Virus record (IMG/VR): IMGVR_UViG_3300020171_002227
Coordinates: 1 to 56,697 of that record
Source of the DNA: a virus
Taxonomy: Duplodnaviria > Caudoviricetes
DNA: 56,697 bases
Reading direction: 5' to 3' (one strand)
Part shown: piece by piece, positions 20,459 to 31,388 of the stretch
Layout: the number at the start of each line of letters is the position of its first letter
How positions within the stretch are numbered: the first letter of the stretch is position 1
Position numbers and translations under genes: made by a program
The notes under the pieces: model-generated
What the model saw: the letters and a program-made list of their open reading frames with translations, nothing else
What the model was told of the DNA's origin: nothing
Databases searched by the model: none

Positions 20459-20622
20459 TTAGTTTCAGTTACAGAATTTCCCGCTAAACCGGCAATCGCC
20501 CCAATTGCACCCATAATTATGTTTGATAATAATTGATTATCGGGTACATAAATGGTAGCAACCGATGCGGCAAGTACAATACCGAATATAGCGCAAATTG
20601 CAAATTTTACTTGATCCATCAT
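20455..20622 (-). CDS. Small two-TM membrane protein (holin-like; not in ORF track)
   Basis: 55 aa MMDQVKFAICAIFGIVLAASVATIY…IIMGAIGAIAGLAG…; AGGTGA RBS; ATGA overlap with the next gene. Confidence 0.6.
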   Translation of the reverse strand: MMDQVKFAICAIFGIVLAASVATIYVPDNQLLSNIIMGAIGAIAGLAGNSVTETK

Positions 20623-20636
20623 TTTATCACCTTTAT

Positions 20637-21197
20637 TTATATTTCATCATATCGGAACGTACACGATTCCGTGGTTTGAGTTCCTTGGGTTGCATTCGTG
20701 CTAACAGCGACTTGAGTTACAACCGCTTTTGATTTTTCAGCTATTTCATGCGCAGTACTATCAATAATAAACGGATTTCCAACTACCGAACTTGTCGCTA
20801 ATGTAATACCGGAAGATACTTGCATATAATATTGATGTCCCGATGTCATCAATAATCCCGTTGTTCCCGTTGTACCAGATGCTTGATAATAATTGGTTAA
20901 TGGACATCCAATATCGCCCGAAGCACGATATCCTATATATAATGCTCCACTTGTACCATAATTCCATCCAATTGCACCATCACAATACCATCTAATATTA
21001 TCAACTCTTGTAAAACTTCCCGATATTGCTAATACGTGATGTTTCCAAAAACTATAATTAACTCCTACCGCTGGAATCGGAATTGAGTTCGCCGTTCCGG
21101 GTGCGACACTATCCATTGTACAATATCGCGCCGATGTTAAATCGGTATATGTTGGTGTTATACCATTTAATTCTTGAACACTTACAGTTGCAACCAT
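20637..21197 (-). CDS. Putative virion structural protein
   Basis: T/S/G-rich, ends FRYDEI; AGGAG RBS and late motif upstream. Confidence 0.65.
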   Translation of the reverse strand: MVATVSVQELNGITPTYTDLTSARYCTMDSVAPGTANSIPIPAVGVNYSFWKHHVLAISGSFTRVDNIRWYCDGAIGWNYGTSGALYIGYRASGDIGCPLTNYYQASGTTGTTGLLMTSGHQYYMQVSSGITLATSSVVGNPFIIDSTAHEIAEKSKAVVTQVAVSTNATQGTQTTESCTFRYDEI

Positions 21198-21241
21198 ATT
21201 ATTCTCCTTTTAAAATTTTCATAAACTATGTTAATAATATG

Positions 21242-21255
21242 AATTTCATTTATAA
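21242..21255 (-). promoter_or_regulatory. Putative late promoter motif TTATAAATGAAATT
   Basis: Exact copy of the 14-mer. Confidence 0.7.
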
Positions 21256-21379
21256 AGTATAAAGAATATTAACTATGGATTTAAAAAGATTCCTAATTTA
21301 ACCAAAATAAAACATGTAATGCTTATTACAATTATTTCTAAAATAACTGCAATAAGTAATTGTTTATCTAAATAATTCA

Positions 21380-22420
21380 TTACCACTCCTCACCCGCTAT
21401 AATGCGCTCATAAAGTCTTAGATAGTTCTCAGACATAACCCTAATTGAAAACTCTTCCGCACGCTTTCGGCAATCTTCAGGCTTAATTGTGTCAACAAGT
21501 TTCATTGCTGATTTAATTTCGCCAATATTCATGGTAAATAGTCCAGATTTTCTATGTTGTACGATCTCAGGCATAGCACCGCGAGGAGCGGTTATAACGG
21601 GTGTTCCCGAAGCAAGTGCTTCTACTACTACAAGACCAAACGGTTCGTTCCAGAGTATTGGTAAGACTAATGCACGTGCATTAGCGAGTAACTCTCGTTT
21701 CTTTTCTTCAGATACATTACCCAAATATTTTATATTTTTACCATCACAAGAATTCATAATACTTAAAACATATGATGGATCATTAACAAAAATATCCTCG
21801 CCAGCAACTAATAATTTGTTCCCAGATTCTCGACAAGCCTGGATGGCTTCGTGACAACCTTTCATGCGGCTAATACGGCTTAAAAATAAAAAGTAATCTC
21901 CTTTCTTTTCATTATAAATGTAATTATTTAAATCTATGCCATTATAAGCACATTCTAAATGTATTCCTAAAATGCCGCTTGCTTCAGCACAATGAGCATT
22001 ACTGATCCCAATAAGGTTCATTTTAGGTATACCAGGCGGTGGATTTTGAAAATTACACTGGTTATGCAAAACTCCACATAATTTTATATTTAATTCTTTT
22101 AATTTATTATAATGCATATATGCATATTTTTGATGTGTATTTTCTTCCAAAATATCTATATGATTAGTTTCCAAGTATTTCATCACAACATCCATTGCTT
22201 GTTTTTCATGTGAAAAATGATAATTTATATTTGGTTCACATACTTCTACCACCTTTATAGGTTCTGGTAATTTACTGCCTTTAGGGGCAAAAACAACTAC
22301 CTCATGTCTCATTTTACTAAATTCGACTGCTTTTTCCGCGACCAATTTTTCTATCCCGGCGTAACCTTCAAAGGGATACCTAAGTGGATAAATTGTTGTA
22401 CTTAAAATTCCTATTTTCAT
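21380..22420 (-). CDS. GT4-family glycosyltransferase
   Basis: YNGID, FLSRISRMKG, EPFGLVVVEALASGTPVI. Confidence 0.92.
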   Translation of the reverse strand: MKIGILSTTIYPLRYPFEGYAGIEKLVAEKAVEFSKMRHEVVVFAPKGSKLPEPIKVVEVCEPNINYHFSHEKQAMDVVMKYLETNHIDILEENTHQKYAYMHYNKLKELNIKLCGVLHNQCNFQNPPPGIPKMNLIGISNAHCAEASGILGIHLECAYNGIDLNNYIYNEKKGDYFLFLSRISRMKGCHEAIQACRESGNKLLVAGEDIFVNDPSYVLSIMNSCDGKNIKYLGNVSEEKKRELLANARALVLPILWNEPFGLVVVEALASGTPVITAPRGAMPEIVQHRKSGLFTMNIGEIKSAMKLVDTIKPEDCRKRAEEFSIRVMSENYLRLYERIIAGEEW

Positions 22421-23175
22421 ATTATTTTCTCCAATTTAATATTTTTCATTTTCTTACTACCATGACAATGCATACATAATGGTTTTAAATTCCATGGCTT
22501 ACCATTGCAACCTTGCTCTTTATCCTCATCAATATGATGTACTGATAACTTTATTAATTTATTAGTTTTAGTAATATTATCTTTTTCATCTATACCACAA
22601 ATAACACACTTTCTATTATATTGTTCTCTTACTTCTTCTTTTTTCTTTTCATTAAATTTAATACAATATGGTTCAAAAGAAATACCGCCTTTCCACGAGG
22701 CATTCTTTTCAAGATTATGTTTATTCATTGCGGAATCTGACATTCTTTTTCGCGATATGTCGGAAAAACATTTACCTTTATTTATAGATATTTTACCTTT
22801 ATTTTCATTAGATATTTTTTCTTTGTGTTCTTTCGAACAATGTTTATCTTTAAATGGATTATTTACTCTAGAATGGTGTCCTTGAATATATTTTGGTATG
22901 CCATGCCATTTATGATGTTCTTTTATAATAATTTCTACTCGACAAGGACATTCACAATATACTTTTGGTTTCTCGTTTTTTAACCATTCTTTATACGATT
23001 GCGATAAAATTCTATTTATTCCTTTATTATAACCAATTTGTAATCCTACTTTACCTTTATTCCACGGTATTTGTAATCCTACTTTACCTTTATTCCACGG
23101 TATTTTATTTCTATGTTTTTTCTTATGTTCTTCAGATTGTTTATAACCTACGCGTGGCATTTTTATATCCCTCAA
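22417..23175 (-). CDS. Free-standing HNH homing endonuclease
   Basis: IPWNKGKVGLQ repeat, CECPC, RKCVICG…SVHHID…LCMHCH; true start may be ATG 23160. Confidence 0.85.
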   Translation of the reverse strand: MRDIKMPRVGYKQSEEHKKKHRNKIPWNKGKVGLQIPWNKGKVGLQIGYNKGINRILSQSYKEWLKNEKPKVYCECPCRVEIIIKEHHKWHGIPKYIQGHHSRVNNPFKDKHCSKEHKEKISNENKGKISINKGKCFSDISRKRMSDSAMNKHNLEKNASWKGGISFEPYCIKFNEKKKEEVREQYNRKCVICGIDEKDNITKTNKLIKLSVHHIDEDKEQGCNGKPWNLKPLCMHCHGSKKMKNIKLEKII

Positions 23176-24079
23176 TAGTTTGTTTTAATCCATCTTCTAA
23201 CGATACTTTAGGTTTCCAATCTAATAATACTTTAGCCTTATGGATAACTAAACACATATGATTCATTGCATTAAGTTTAGTATCATTAATATGAACAATT
23301 TTGCTTGAACTATTAGTTAATTTAATAATTAATTGTGCTATTTTATTTACATTAGTTTCAACACCACTACCAAAATTAAACAATTCTCCCTCTATGTGCG
23401 GTGTTTCTATACACTTAATATAACCCTCAATAAGATCACTAATGTGATACATATCCCTAGTTTGTTCACCATCACCATGAATTATTAAATCTTTATTATT
23501 TAAAGCATTATAAATAAATGATGGAATAACATTAGGAAAAGATTGTCTTTCAGAATACACATTACCCGATGCCGTCATTACAACACCTAAATGATATAAA
23601 TCATAATACTGTTTACCTATAATCGCTTGCATAGATTTTGTCATCCCATAAATATCTGACTCATATAATGCTTTATATCCATCATTCTCCGCAACAGGTA
23701 TTATTGATGGGTTTTTCCCATAGATGTGGTCTGAGGCAGCAATTATAACACGCTTAATATTACCTTGTTTTCTGCAAGCCTCAAGTAAGTTAACGGTTCC
23801 TTGTACGTTGACACTGAATGCCAGCATTGGATTATTTATGCACGTTGATACATGGCTTATGGCAGCAAGATGAACCACCATATCGATGTTATTTATTGCG
23901 AATTCAATATCTTCATATCGTCTAATATCGCCAGTTATCTGATGCGCTAATGGATTAATTCTCTTGTTCCCAAATCCCGGTAAGGAATTGTCCATAGAAT
24001 ATACCTCAGAAATCTCTACAAGTCTATCGATGAGATGACTACCAATAAATCCCGCACCGCCGGTTACTAATATTCTCAT
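23141..24079 (-). CDS. NAD-dependent nucleotide-sugar epimerase/dehydratase
   Basis: TGGAGFIGSH, HLAA, YGMTK (YxxxK), GDGEQTRD. Confidence 0.93.
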   Translation of the reverse strand: MRILVTGGAGFIGSHLIDRLVEISEVYSMDNSLPGFGNKRINPLAHQITGDIRRYEDIEFAINNIDMVVHLAAISHVSTCINNPMLAFSVNVQGTVNLLEACRKQGNIKRVIIAASDHIYGKNPSIIPVAENDGYKALYESDIYGMTKSMQAIIGKQYYDLYHLGVVMTASGNVYSERQSFPNVIPSFIYNALNNKDLIIHGDGEQTRDMYHISDLIEGYIKCIETPHIEGELFNFGSGVETNVNKIAQLIIKLTNSSSKIVHINDTKLNAMNHMCLVIHKAKVLLDWKPKVSLEDGLKQTIEGYKNATRRL

Positions 24080-24080
24080 T

Positions 24081-24218
24081 TTAAAACTCCAAAACTTTAT
24101 TTAATTTTTTATACCATCTATCAACGCAATCATTACACATTGTAGGCGGTAACCAACTTTGAAGTTCATACCAATCTTTATCATATAATATTAAACCGTT
24201 GCATGTATCACATTTCAT
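24081..24218 (-). CDS. Small CxxC…CxxC protein (45 aa, not in ORF track)
   Basis: MKCDTCNG…MCNDCVDRW…; fills the gap between operon genes. Confidence 0.45.
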   Translation of the reverse strand: MKCDTCNGLILYDKDWYELQSWLPPTMCNDCVDRWYKKLNKVLEF

Positions 24219-24224
24219 TTTAAT

Positions 24225-25310
24225 TCACCATTGTTCTCCATTTTTTAATCCAATTAATATTTTCTCAAATCGCTTTGACATACATTCCACACTAAAGTTA
24301 TCTTCAACTAATTTTCGACAATCGCGCGGATTAATAATATCAATTGAATTAACAAAAGCCTTCATGTGATTATAATCCCGTGCAATAAATCCGTTCGTGC
24401 CAGATTCTATGATTTCGGGTAATGCACCCATATTAGATGCTATTACTGGTGTACCACACGATAACGCTTCCACAGTAGTTAAACCAAAGGATTCGTGAAA
24501 TCCTACAGGGAATAAATAACATTTGGCTTTCTGCATTAACTTAAGTTTTGCGCGTTGATGAGTATGATCTTGTGGCAATGGAACATATTTAATATTATCA
24601 TGACCTTTAATCATCTCTAAACATTCTAACCCGTGTTTATAGTGTTCTGGATGACTAACCATATCGCCAGACATAACTAAATTAATGCCAGTTTCTATCG
24701 CTAATTTAATTGCAATCATGGGATTTTTTGTTGGATGAAATCTTGCTAACCAAAGGAAATAATCTTCTTTATCTTCATCGAATTTATAAAAATCCGTATC
24801 TACTCCGAGATGGGCATATTTAGATGTTGCGGGTATTTTACCGGTTGATCCGTGTTGATTCTCCCACGGCGTGCCTTCAAATCCCGTTCCACCACGTATG
24901 CCAGATTCAAATTGATTACGCGAGTTGACAATGACATTAAATGGAGGTTGTGGTCTTGCATAAAAATTCCCGATCATATAGCAAGCAACTTCCATTTTTT
25001 CTTTAAATGAATGTAATTGTTGCGCAACCATTTTTCCATGGCTCATATCGAGTATGACATCCGAATCAATTATATCCTTTTTATAAGTAACATATGCTTG
25101 CGCCTCAGCAATCCAATCCGCTTGCGCGCATGTATTCTGTAGTCGATTTACTTTAAAAGGATATTCTATAGCATCATTCTTAGCCGCATAAAGTATTACT
25201 TCATGTCCTAATTTAGTTAAACCACACGCAAGGTCATAAATAAATATTTCCCCGCCGTATGAAGTTGGCGGAGTTGTGTAGGTCGTTGTACTTAAAATTG
25301 AAATTTTCAT
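24225..25310 (-). CDS. GT4-family glycosyltransferase
   Basis: PPTSYGGE, ARFHPTKN, ESFGLTTVEALSCGTPVI. Confidence 0.92.
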   Translation of the reverse strand: MKISILSTTTYTTPPTSYGGEIFIYDLACGLTKLGHEVILYAAKNDAIEYPFKVNRLQNTCAQADWIAEAQAYVTYKKDIIDSDVILDMSHGKMVAQQLHSFKEKMEVACYMIGNFYARPQPPFNVIVNSRNQFESGIRGGTGFEGTPWENQHGSTGKIPATSKYAHLGVDTDFYKFDEDKEDYFLWLARFHPTKNPMIAIKLAIETGINLVMSGDMVSHPEHYKHGLECLEMIKGHDNIKYVPLPQDHTHQRAKLKLMQKAKCYLFPVGFHESFGLTTVEALSCGTPVIASNMGALPEIIESGTNGFIARDYNHMKAFVNSIDIINPRDCRKLVEDNFSVECMSKRFEKILIGLKNGEQW

Positions 25311-25342
25311 TAATAATCTATCCTATAATGCTATAATAGTAT

Positions 25343-26848
25343 TTATACTTTTCTATTTTGTAGGGATGGGCTCAATTTTCGTATTGTTTTTTTCTCAATT
25401 TCAGTTATAAATTCTTTAGTATTAGCATCTTTGTTAGCTTGCGCTTGAATTTCTACTAATCGTTCAGCACTTACAACGGTATTCCTCATTACCGGTCTCT
25501 TATAATTCATCAAATCCGTATCAAAATCTTCATCTAAATGCCCACCCTCAATCGCCATTTTATAAAGTTGTGTTCCCGGATAAGGTGTTGCGAAAAAGAA
25601 ACTTACATAAATAGCTCCAGCTTCACTTAACTTTTTACCCATTTCAATACTTTGATACATCTCTTCTTCCGTTTCATCTGGAAAACCCATAACAATGTTT
25701 ACAGGAGTCTTGATTCCTATCGCATTCAACACTTTCATTAGAGATAATATATCCATTTTATCTAATCTAATTTTTCCAGAACAATATTTATCAATAATAC
25801 GTTGTGAACCAGATTCAAGTGGAAATGCCATCTGATAAAAACCCGCATCATAAAGCATCTGTATAAATGGTATATCTATCGCCCATTTACCATCAATCTC
25901 CTGTGATTTATCAAAAAAATCAATAAGATTAACGCCATTTATACCTAAGAATTTTAATCCTTCATTCTGTATTGCGGTAAATAATTTACATGTTCTATCT
26001 TTATGTGATAATAAACTATCATCTTCAAAATAAATACGCTTAACGCCTAACTTCTTTAATTCTTTTATCTCTAATAAAGTTCGATCTAATGAATGTAATC
26101 TTAGTTTACCTATATCCTTTTTCTTACCTGATATATGACAATATGCGCAATGGAAGCGGCAACCTCTTGATGTAAGTATTGCTGAAGACAATTCCCCATC
26201 ACACGCTGTTACATCTCGTATATCATATTTATCCATGGGTAATTTATTCCATGCTGGCATGGGTAGATTATCAAGATTTTTTTCAAAACAAGTTTCATCA
26301 ACTTCATTAACTATAATTCTACCATATCGCATGTATGCCCAACCCGGTATGTTCTCAATATTCTCTAATATAACTCTTGGAAATATTATTTCTCCTTCAG
26401 TTAAACAAACACCATCAAAATAACCCGTAACTAAAAAACGTTCATAAATTGCTCTGGCATTAGTGCCACCGACATATATTTTAATATTTGAATTCATATC
26501 CTTTATAGCTTTTGCAGTTTTTATAACCATATTAGTTTGCGATGTAAAATTAGAATTAATACCAACAAAAGTATAATCACCATTCTTTACATATTCGGCT
26601 ATTTCATTAAAGCTCATACCAACTTTTATAAGACCATTATCTTGTGGCACAAATCGGAATAAAGTATTTTTTAAATCACTACCGTCACCAATATTGGCAT
26701 CTAAAATATCTGTTAGTATACCATTTTTTTCAAGTGCTGCGGCAAGATATAACAAGCTCAATGATCCATCCGGTTTCGGTATTTCTATCGGCATCAATTG
26801 TGATGGCGTATATATTAAAAGTCCCTTATTTATAACAAACGATTCCAT
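25343..26848 (-). CDS. B12-binding radical SAM protein
   Basis: LSLLYLAA…VGG B12-binding region; TSRGCRFHCAYC; FEDD; GFPDET; TPYPGT. Confidence 0.9.
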   Translation of the reverse strand: MESFVINKGLLIYTPSQLMPIEIPKPDGSLSLLYLAAALEKNGILTDILDANIGDGSDLKNTLFRFVPQDNGLIKVGMSFNEIAEYVKNGDYTFVGINSNFTSQTNMVIKTAKAIKDMNSNIKIYVGGTNARAIYERFLVTGYFDGVCLTEGEIIFPRVILENIENIPGWAYMRYGRIIVNEVDETCFEKNLDNLPMPAWNKLPMDKYDIRDVTACDGELSSAILTSRGCRFHCAYCHISGKKKDIGKLRLHSLDRTLLEIKELKKLGVKRIYFEDDSLLSHKDRTCKLFTAIQNEGLKFLGINGVNLIDFFDKSQEIDGKWAIDIPFIQMLYDAGFYQMAFPLESGSQRIIDKYCSGKIRLDKMDILSLMKVLNAIGIKTPVNIVMGFPDETEEEMYQSIEMGKKLSEAGAIYVSFFFATPYPGTQLYKMAIEGGHLDEDFDTDLMNYKRPVMRNTVVSAERLVEIQAQANKDANTKEFITEIEKKTIRKLSPSLQNRKV

Positions 26849-27479
26849 AAGTCACCAAATTTACATAATAAAGTTTAGATATATTATATTTCATATTCAA
26901 ATTATTTAATAACACTATAATACTTTCATCGTTAAATAGTTGTTGATGCCAAATATGCTTATATTTGGCATCGGATATTGCAGAAACACATTTAGCCATT
27001 GTAGTAGGATGCTCTAAGGTAGCTTTAATTTCTTGTCGATCTATTTTATCATCATAACCACAATAAGTATTAACCACATTCTTATCTGAATGCGACATTT
27101 CACCAACAGTCCATTCAGATTCACATGGTAATGTTATTACAATTTTATTTTTTGTAACTCTCTTTGCATCTTGTAAAGCTTTTAATGGATCGGCAACATG
27201 TTCAAGTACATCACCAAAAACTATTGTATCAAATGTATTATTTTTAAATGGTAAATTTAAAGCATCACCACGAACAAATTTAGGATCTTTCAACCATAGC
27301 GGCAACCAAACATCGCAGTCAAAAAACATAATCTCATTTATATATCGTTTAGTTGGATAACTTGGATACCATCTTTCAAATGCCCATAGACTGGTATCAT
27401 TACAACCCACATCTAATATTTTATTATCTGAATTACGCACAATAAACTCAAATCGATGCATTTGTAAACTAGGTATCAT
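26826..27479 (-). CDS. Class I SAM-dependent methyltransferase
   Basis: ILDVGC, GDALNLPF…FDTI, DVLEHV; start MIPSL matches the paralog at 31389-32051. Confidence 0.85.
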   Translation of the reverse strand: MIPSLQMHRFEFIVRNSDNKILDVGCNDTSLWAFERWYPSYPTKRYINEIMFFDCDVWLPLWLKDPKFVRGDALNLPFKNNTFDTIVFGDVLEHVADPLKALQDAKRVTKNKIVITLPCESEWTVGEMSHSDKNVVNTYCGYDDKIDRQEIKATLEHPTTMAKCVSAISDAKYKHIWHQQLFNDESIIVLLNNLNMKYNISKLYYVNLVTYGIVCYK

Positions 27480-27480
27480 T

Positions 27481-28575
27481 TCACCACTCCTCACCATTTA
27501 TAATTTGATTATAAATCTCAAGATGTTTCTTAGCCATAACAATTCTGTCGAATCTATTTAACATATCATCACGACATTTTATTGTATCAATTTTATCTAT
27601 ATTATTTATTGCATTTCTCATTTCGTCAATGTTATTACAAAGTAACCCAGTTTCTTTATCCTTTACAATTTCGCATGGTGCACCATGATTAAAAGTTATA
27701 ACCGGTGTTCCACATGATAATGATTCAATCATTACCAATCCAAAACCCTCCCTATAAAGAACGGGGAACAAAAATGCCTTAGCATTTTGAATAAGTTGTC
27801 GTTTAGTGTATTGATGATTACTATCATTTTGTAATTCAATATATTTAATATTATCATATCCAATTATAGATTTTAAATACGCATCACGTAATGACTTATA
27901 AATATTATCTGGTTCACCGCAAGCAATAATAAGATTAAATTTCATTTCTTTTGCCAAGCTTATAGCGATGTCAATACCCTTATGTTGCAATAAACTACCA
28001 AAATAAATAAAATAATTGCTTTTATCATACTTAGGTAAATAAAAATTCGTATTAGTTCCAAAATGTATAAATCTTACAGATTCATTTTTACCCGTATATC
28101 CAACTTTTTCATACCAAGGTGTTCTTTCAAAACCATTTAATCCATTTGCGGCGGCAAATTGTGAACTTTTTGATGGAACCAATATGTTATGTGCTTTCTG
28201 ATTCCAACTAAATCCAAAATAAGTACATGTTACGTTTTTATACCCCTCATCATATAATGAATTATTAAAAATTTTTGAATGACTAAAATCATGTACAAAA
28301 TCAGATTTCTTTAAATCATCTTTATATTTATTAAACAGTTTATGCTCTAACGTAGGATTACAATCATCACGTAATGGTATTTCTACAAGCTTACCACCTT
28401 TAGGTATTTGTGAACCCACTGGCGCATAAAGTATAACTTCATGACCCAATTCAATATATGCGCACGCTAAATCCCAAATAAAGATTTCCGCGCCCCAGCC
28501 ACACGGTGGACATGTATGTGAAGTATTAGATATTATAGATATTTTCATTTTTTTATTTCCTGAAATAATTGCCAA
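27481..28575 (-). CDS. GT4-family glycosyltransferase
   Basis: PPCGWGAE, HKGID, EGFGLVMIESLSCGTPVI. Confidence 0.92.
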   Translation of the reverse strand: MAIISGNKKMKISIISNTSHTCPPCGWGAEIFIWDLACAYIELGHEVILYAPVGSQIPKGGKLVEIPLRDDCNPTLEHKLFNKYKDDLKKSDFVHDFSHSKIFNNSLYDEGYKNVTCTYFGFSWNQKAHNILVPSKSSQFAAANGLNGFERTPWYEKVGYTGKNESVRFIHFGTNTNFYLPKYDKSNYFIYFGSLLQHKGIDIAISLAKEMKFNLIIACGEPDNIYKSLRDAYLKSIIGYDNIKYIELQNDSNHQYTKRQLIQNAKAFLFPVLYREGFGLVMIESLSCGTPVITFNHGAPCEIVKDKETGLLCNNIDEMRNAINNIDKIDTIKCRDDMLNRFDRIVMAKKHLEIYNQIINGEEW

Positions 28576-29195
28576 CTTTTCTGTGAACTAATTAGAGCAT
28601 CCTCAGACGATATACGAGGAAAATGTGGTATATGAACGACCTCAACATCTCGCATACATATAAATTTTATATGTTTCCACATTCTCCATAAAAATTCTTG
28701 GCACCAATGTGTGGCACAACCTTTAAATTCTTCTCTAAAATTTATAAAATATTTTCTATTAAAACAACAAAATCCTTCAGGTAAATCGTATGATTTAAAA
28801 TAAAATTCTTCAAAGTTTTTGCGCGTTTCAAGACTATTTATCATCATAAGTTTGCCAGCATATAATTTATCGTTACCATATTTTTCTATATATTCACTTA
28901 GTCTCTCTAAATAATCCGGATATACTATTAAATCTAAACTCCATAAATGAATATATTCACCATGAGAAACTTTAAATCCCTCGTTCATCAATTTACCAAT
29001 TCGATCGGTGGGAACCAAAATATTATTTATTTTAATACCATTATATAAAATATAATCAGTATCTATTATTTTGTTGCCGCAAATTATTATTTCAAAATCT
29101 TTAAATGTTTGATTTACTAAAAAATCTATACAATGCTTTAAATTATTATCAGTAAATGTTCCATAAACCGGAATTATAAAGGAAAATTTAACCAT
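28545..29195 (-). CDS. GT2/GT-A-like glycosyltransferase
   Basis: FSFIIPVY…QTFKDFEIII…NEGFKVSHGEYI; DxD degenerate (SLD). Confidence 0.75.
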   Translation of the reverse strand: MVKFSFIIPVYGTFTDNNLKHCIDFLVNQTFKDFEIIICGNKIIDTDYILYNGIKINNILVPTDRIGKLMNEGFKVSHGEYIHLWSLDLIVYPDYLERLSEYIEKYGNDKLYAGKLMMINSLETRKNFEEFYFKSYDLPEGFCCFNRKYFINFREEFKGCATHWCQEFLWRMWKHIKFICMRDVEVVHIPHFPRISSEDALISSQKSWQLFQEIKK

Positions 29196-30693
29196 GTCTT
29201 AACACCTCTATTTTTTGTTCAATCTCATCAATAGTGATGGGTATATTACCTTCATGTTCGCACGCAACAGCTGCACCTAAACTGCCTATAATAGAACTAA
29301 TAACAATATTACCACATACTTTATATGCTAAGGATGATACTGCTAACATTGCATCTCCAGCACCAGTCGCATCAATTAAACAAGATACAAAACTATCAAG
29401 CGCAAAGAAATCTTTAGGTTTATTATTACCATCTCGATATGTTAATGTTCCACGCTCACCCAATTTTAGAATAAGATTTTTGGCACCAGACTTTTTATAT
29501 AATTCTAATCCTAAAGGTCTTACACCGGTATCTTGATCACCTAATGCAAATCTTGCCTCTTTTTCATTGGGTAAAATTAAATCAAAATTTTTAAAATCTA
29601 ATATGTTTCCCCATCGATTATTAACCTGCGTATCTGCAACACGCATAATATTTTTAGGTATTAAAGATGCTAAATAGTTAGACGTAAATTTATTAAATAT
29701 TCCGTGTCTAAAATCACTGAATATAATGATATCTGTAGGAGTTTTCATTATATCTTTTAGCTCATCTAATATCTTATTAGATATCATTCTATTATCCACG
29801 GTATTTACTTGGAGTAATTTATAACCATCAACCCAAAATCTTTCCTTTAATGTTGTGGGTCGACTATCAATAATTGGTTTAAAATTTATATCAACTAAAT
29901 CATTAATAACAAAATTTGCTAAATTATCATTACCTAATACTGTTGTAAATGTTACATCTGCGCCTAAACTTTTTAAGTGTTTAGCGACAATACCGGCACC
30001 ACCTATGAATGTTTTTTCTGATTCTCGTTTTACGCTAAAAGTGGGAGTTTTTGCGGTCTGACCTATTAAAGAACAGTATGAATATTTGTCAACGATAGTA
30101 TCTCCCACTACATGTACTTTAATATTTTTAAATTGATGTAAGATATTACTTAAATCATCAAAATTAATATTTTCAGATTCCATTATAGTAAGTAATTTAT
30201 CTATAGTGAGCTTTGGTTTGTGCATAGCTAATAATTTTGTAGATGAATAAACAACATCCCCCGGACTATAAATACATTTTCCACCATATGATTCTACAGC
30301 ATCAATTTCTTCTTGAGTTTTTGGATTATGACCATCTTTATATTCGAATCCCTTACAAAAAAAATCAGGTTGTATTTTCAATATATTTTCAATAGGTGTT
30401 GGATTTTCATCAATAATAACAAAATCTATCATTTCTAAAGCCGCTAAATTTTCTGCACGTAATTGTTGAGGTATATAAGGACGATCTTCCCCTTTAGATA
30501 TATATTTATCACAAGTTAAACTTGCAATAAGAATATCAGCTTGATTTTTTGCATATTGCAAATATCTCAAATGTCCAACGTGGATCACATCGAAACAACC
30601 ATGTCCAATAATAACCGTTTTATTTCTTGGGAATTTACCAATAATATCACAAATTTCATCAACACTTTTAATTTTATTAAGATAATTTAACAT
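29188..30693 (-). CDS. Bifunctional nucleotidyltransferase / PfkB sugar kinase (HldE-like, reversed domain order)
   Basis: N-terminal GCFDVIHVGH; C-terminal VVGDTIVDKY, PNEKEA, DATGAGDA. Confidence 0.88.
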   Translation of the reverse strand: MLNYLNKIKSVDEICDIIGKFPRNKTVIIGHGCFDVIHVGHLRYLQYAKNQADILIASLTCDKYISKGEDRPYIPQQLRAENLAALEMIDFVIIDENPTPIENILKIQPDFFCKGFEYKDGHNPKTQEEIDAVESYGGKCIYSPGDVVYSSTKLLAMHKPKLTIDKLLTIMESENINFDDLSNILHQFKNIKVHVVGDTIVDKYSYCSLIGQTAKTPTFSVKRESEKTFIGGAGIVAKHLKSLGADVTFTTVLGNDNLANFVINDLVDINFKPIIDSRPTTLKERFWVDGYKLLQVNTVDNRMISNKILDELKDIMKTPTDIIIFSDFRHGIFNKFTSNYLASLIPKNIMRVADTQVNNRWGNILDFKNFDLILPNEKEARFALGDQDTGVRPLGLELYKKSGAKNLILKLGERGTLTYRDGNNKPKDFFALDSFVSCLIDATGAGDAMLAVSSLAYKVCGNIVISSIIGSLGAAVACEHEGNIPITIDEIEQKIEVLRHG

Positions 30694-31388
30694 TTTAGAA
30701 CCTTAGATTTTTTACTATTATGACAATGCATACATAACGGAACTAATCGCCATGGTTTTCCCTTACAACCTTGTTCTTTATCACTATCTACATGATGAAC
30801 TGATAATTTATTAAATTTACCCGTTTTAGTAATATTATCTTTTTCTTCTCTTACACAAATAACACATTTTCTTCCATATTGCTCTCGCACTTCTTCTTTT
30901 CTTTTTTCATTAAACTTAGGACAATATGGTTCAAATGACTTTCCACCCTGCCAATTAGATGATAATTCACCACATAATCCGGTATGAGATTTAGATAATT
31001 TGCTTTTAGTCTCTTCTGTTCTTTTTATACCTAAAATTTTACCCTTATTACTATTTCCTATTTTTTTATTATGATCTTCGGTATTATGTTTTCCATACCT
31101 TGGATTTTTATCGCCATTTTTAGATTCTGACATTTTTTTTATACTTTCTTCAGAATGACGTTTTCCATACCATGGATTTTTATCACCAATTAATGATTGT
31201 GATATTTTTTTTCGCACTTCAGGATTTTTACATGGATTATTATTAATTATTTGATGACCTACAATATATTTAGGAATTCCCATAGATTTATGTTGTCTTT
31301 TAATAATAATTTCTTTACCACATCCACATTGACAAAAATGTTTACCTTGATTTTCTATAATAAACATTTTTATTTTATTCCCGCGCAT
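30687..31388 (-). CDS. Free-standing HNH homing endonuclease
   Basis: CQCGCG, NPWYGKRHSEE (NUMOD3), RKCVIC…SVHHVD…LCMHCH. Confidence 0.85.
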   Translation of the reverse strand: MRGNKIKMFIIENQGKHFCQCGCGKEIIIKRQHKSMGIPKYIVGHQIINNNPCKNPEVRKKISQSLIGDKNPWYGKRHSEESIKKMSESKNGDKNPRYGKHNTEDHNKKIGNSNKGKILGIKRTEETKSKLSKSHTGLCGELSSNWQGGKSFEPYCPKFNEKRKEEVREQYGRKCVICVREEKDNITKTGKFNKLSVHHVDSDKEQGCKGKPWRLVPLCMHCHNSKKSKVLKC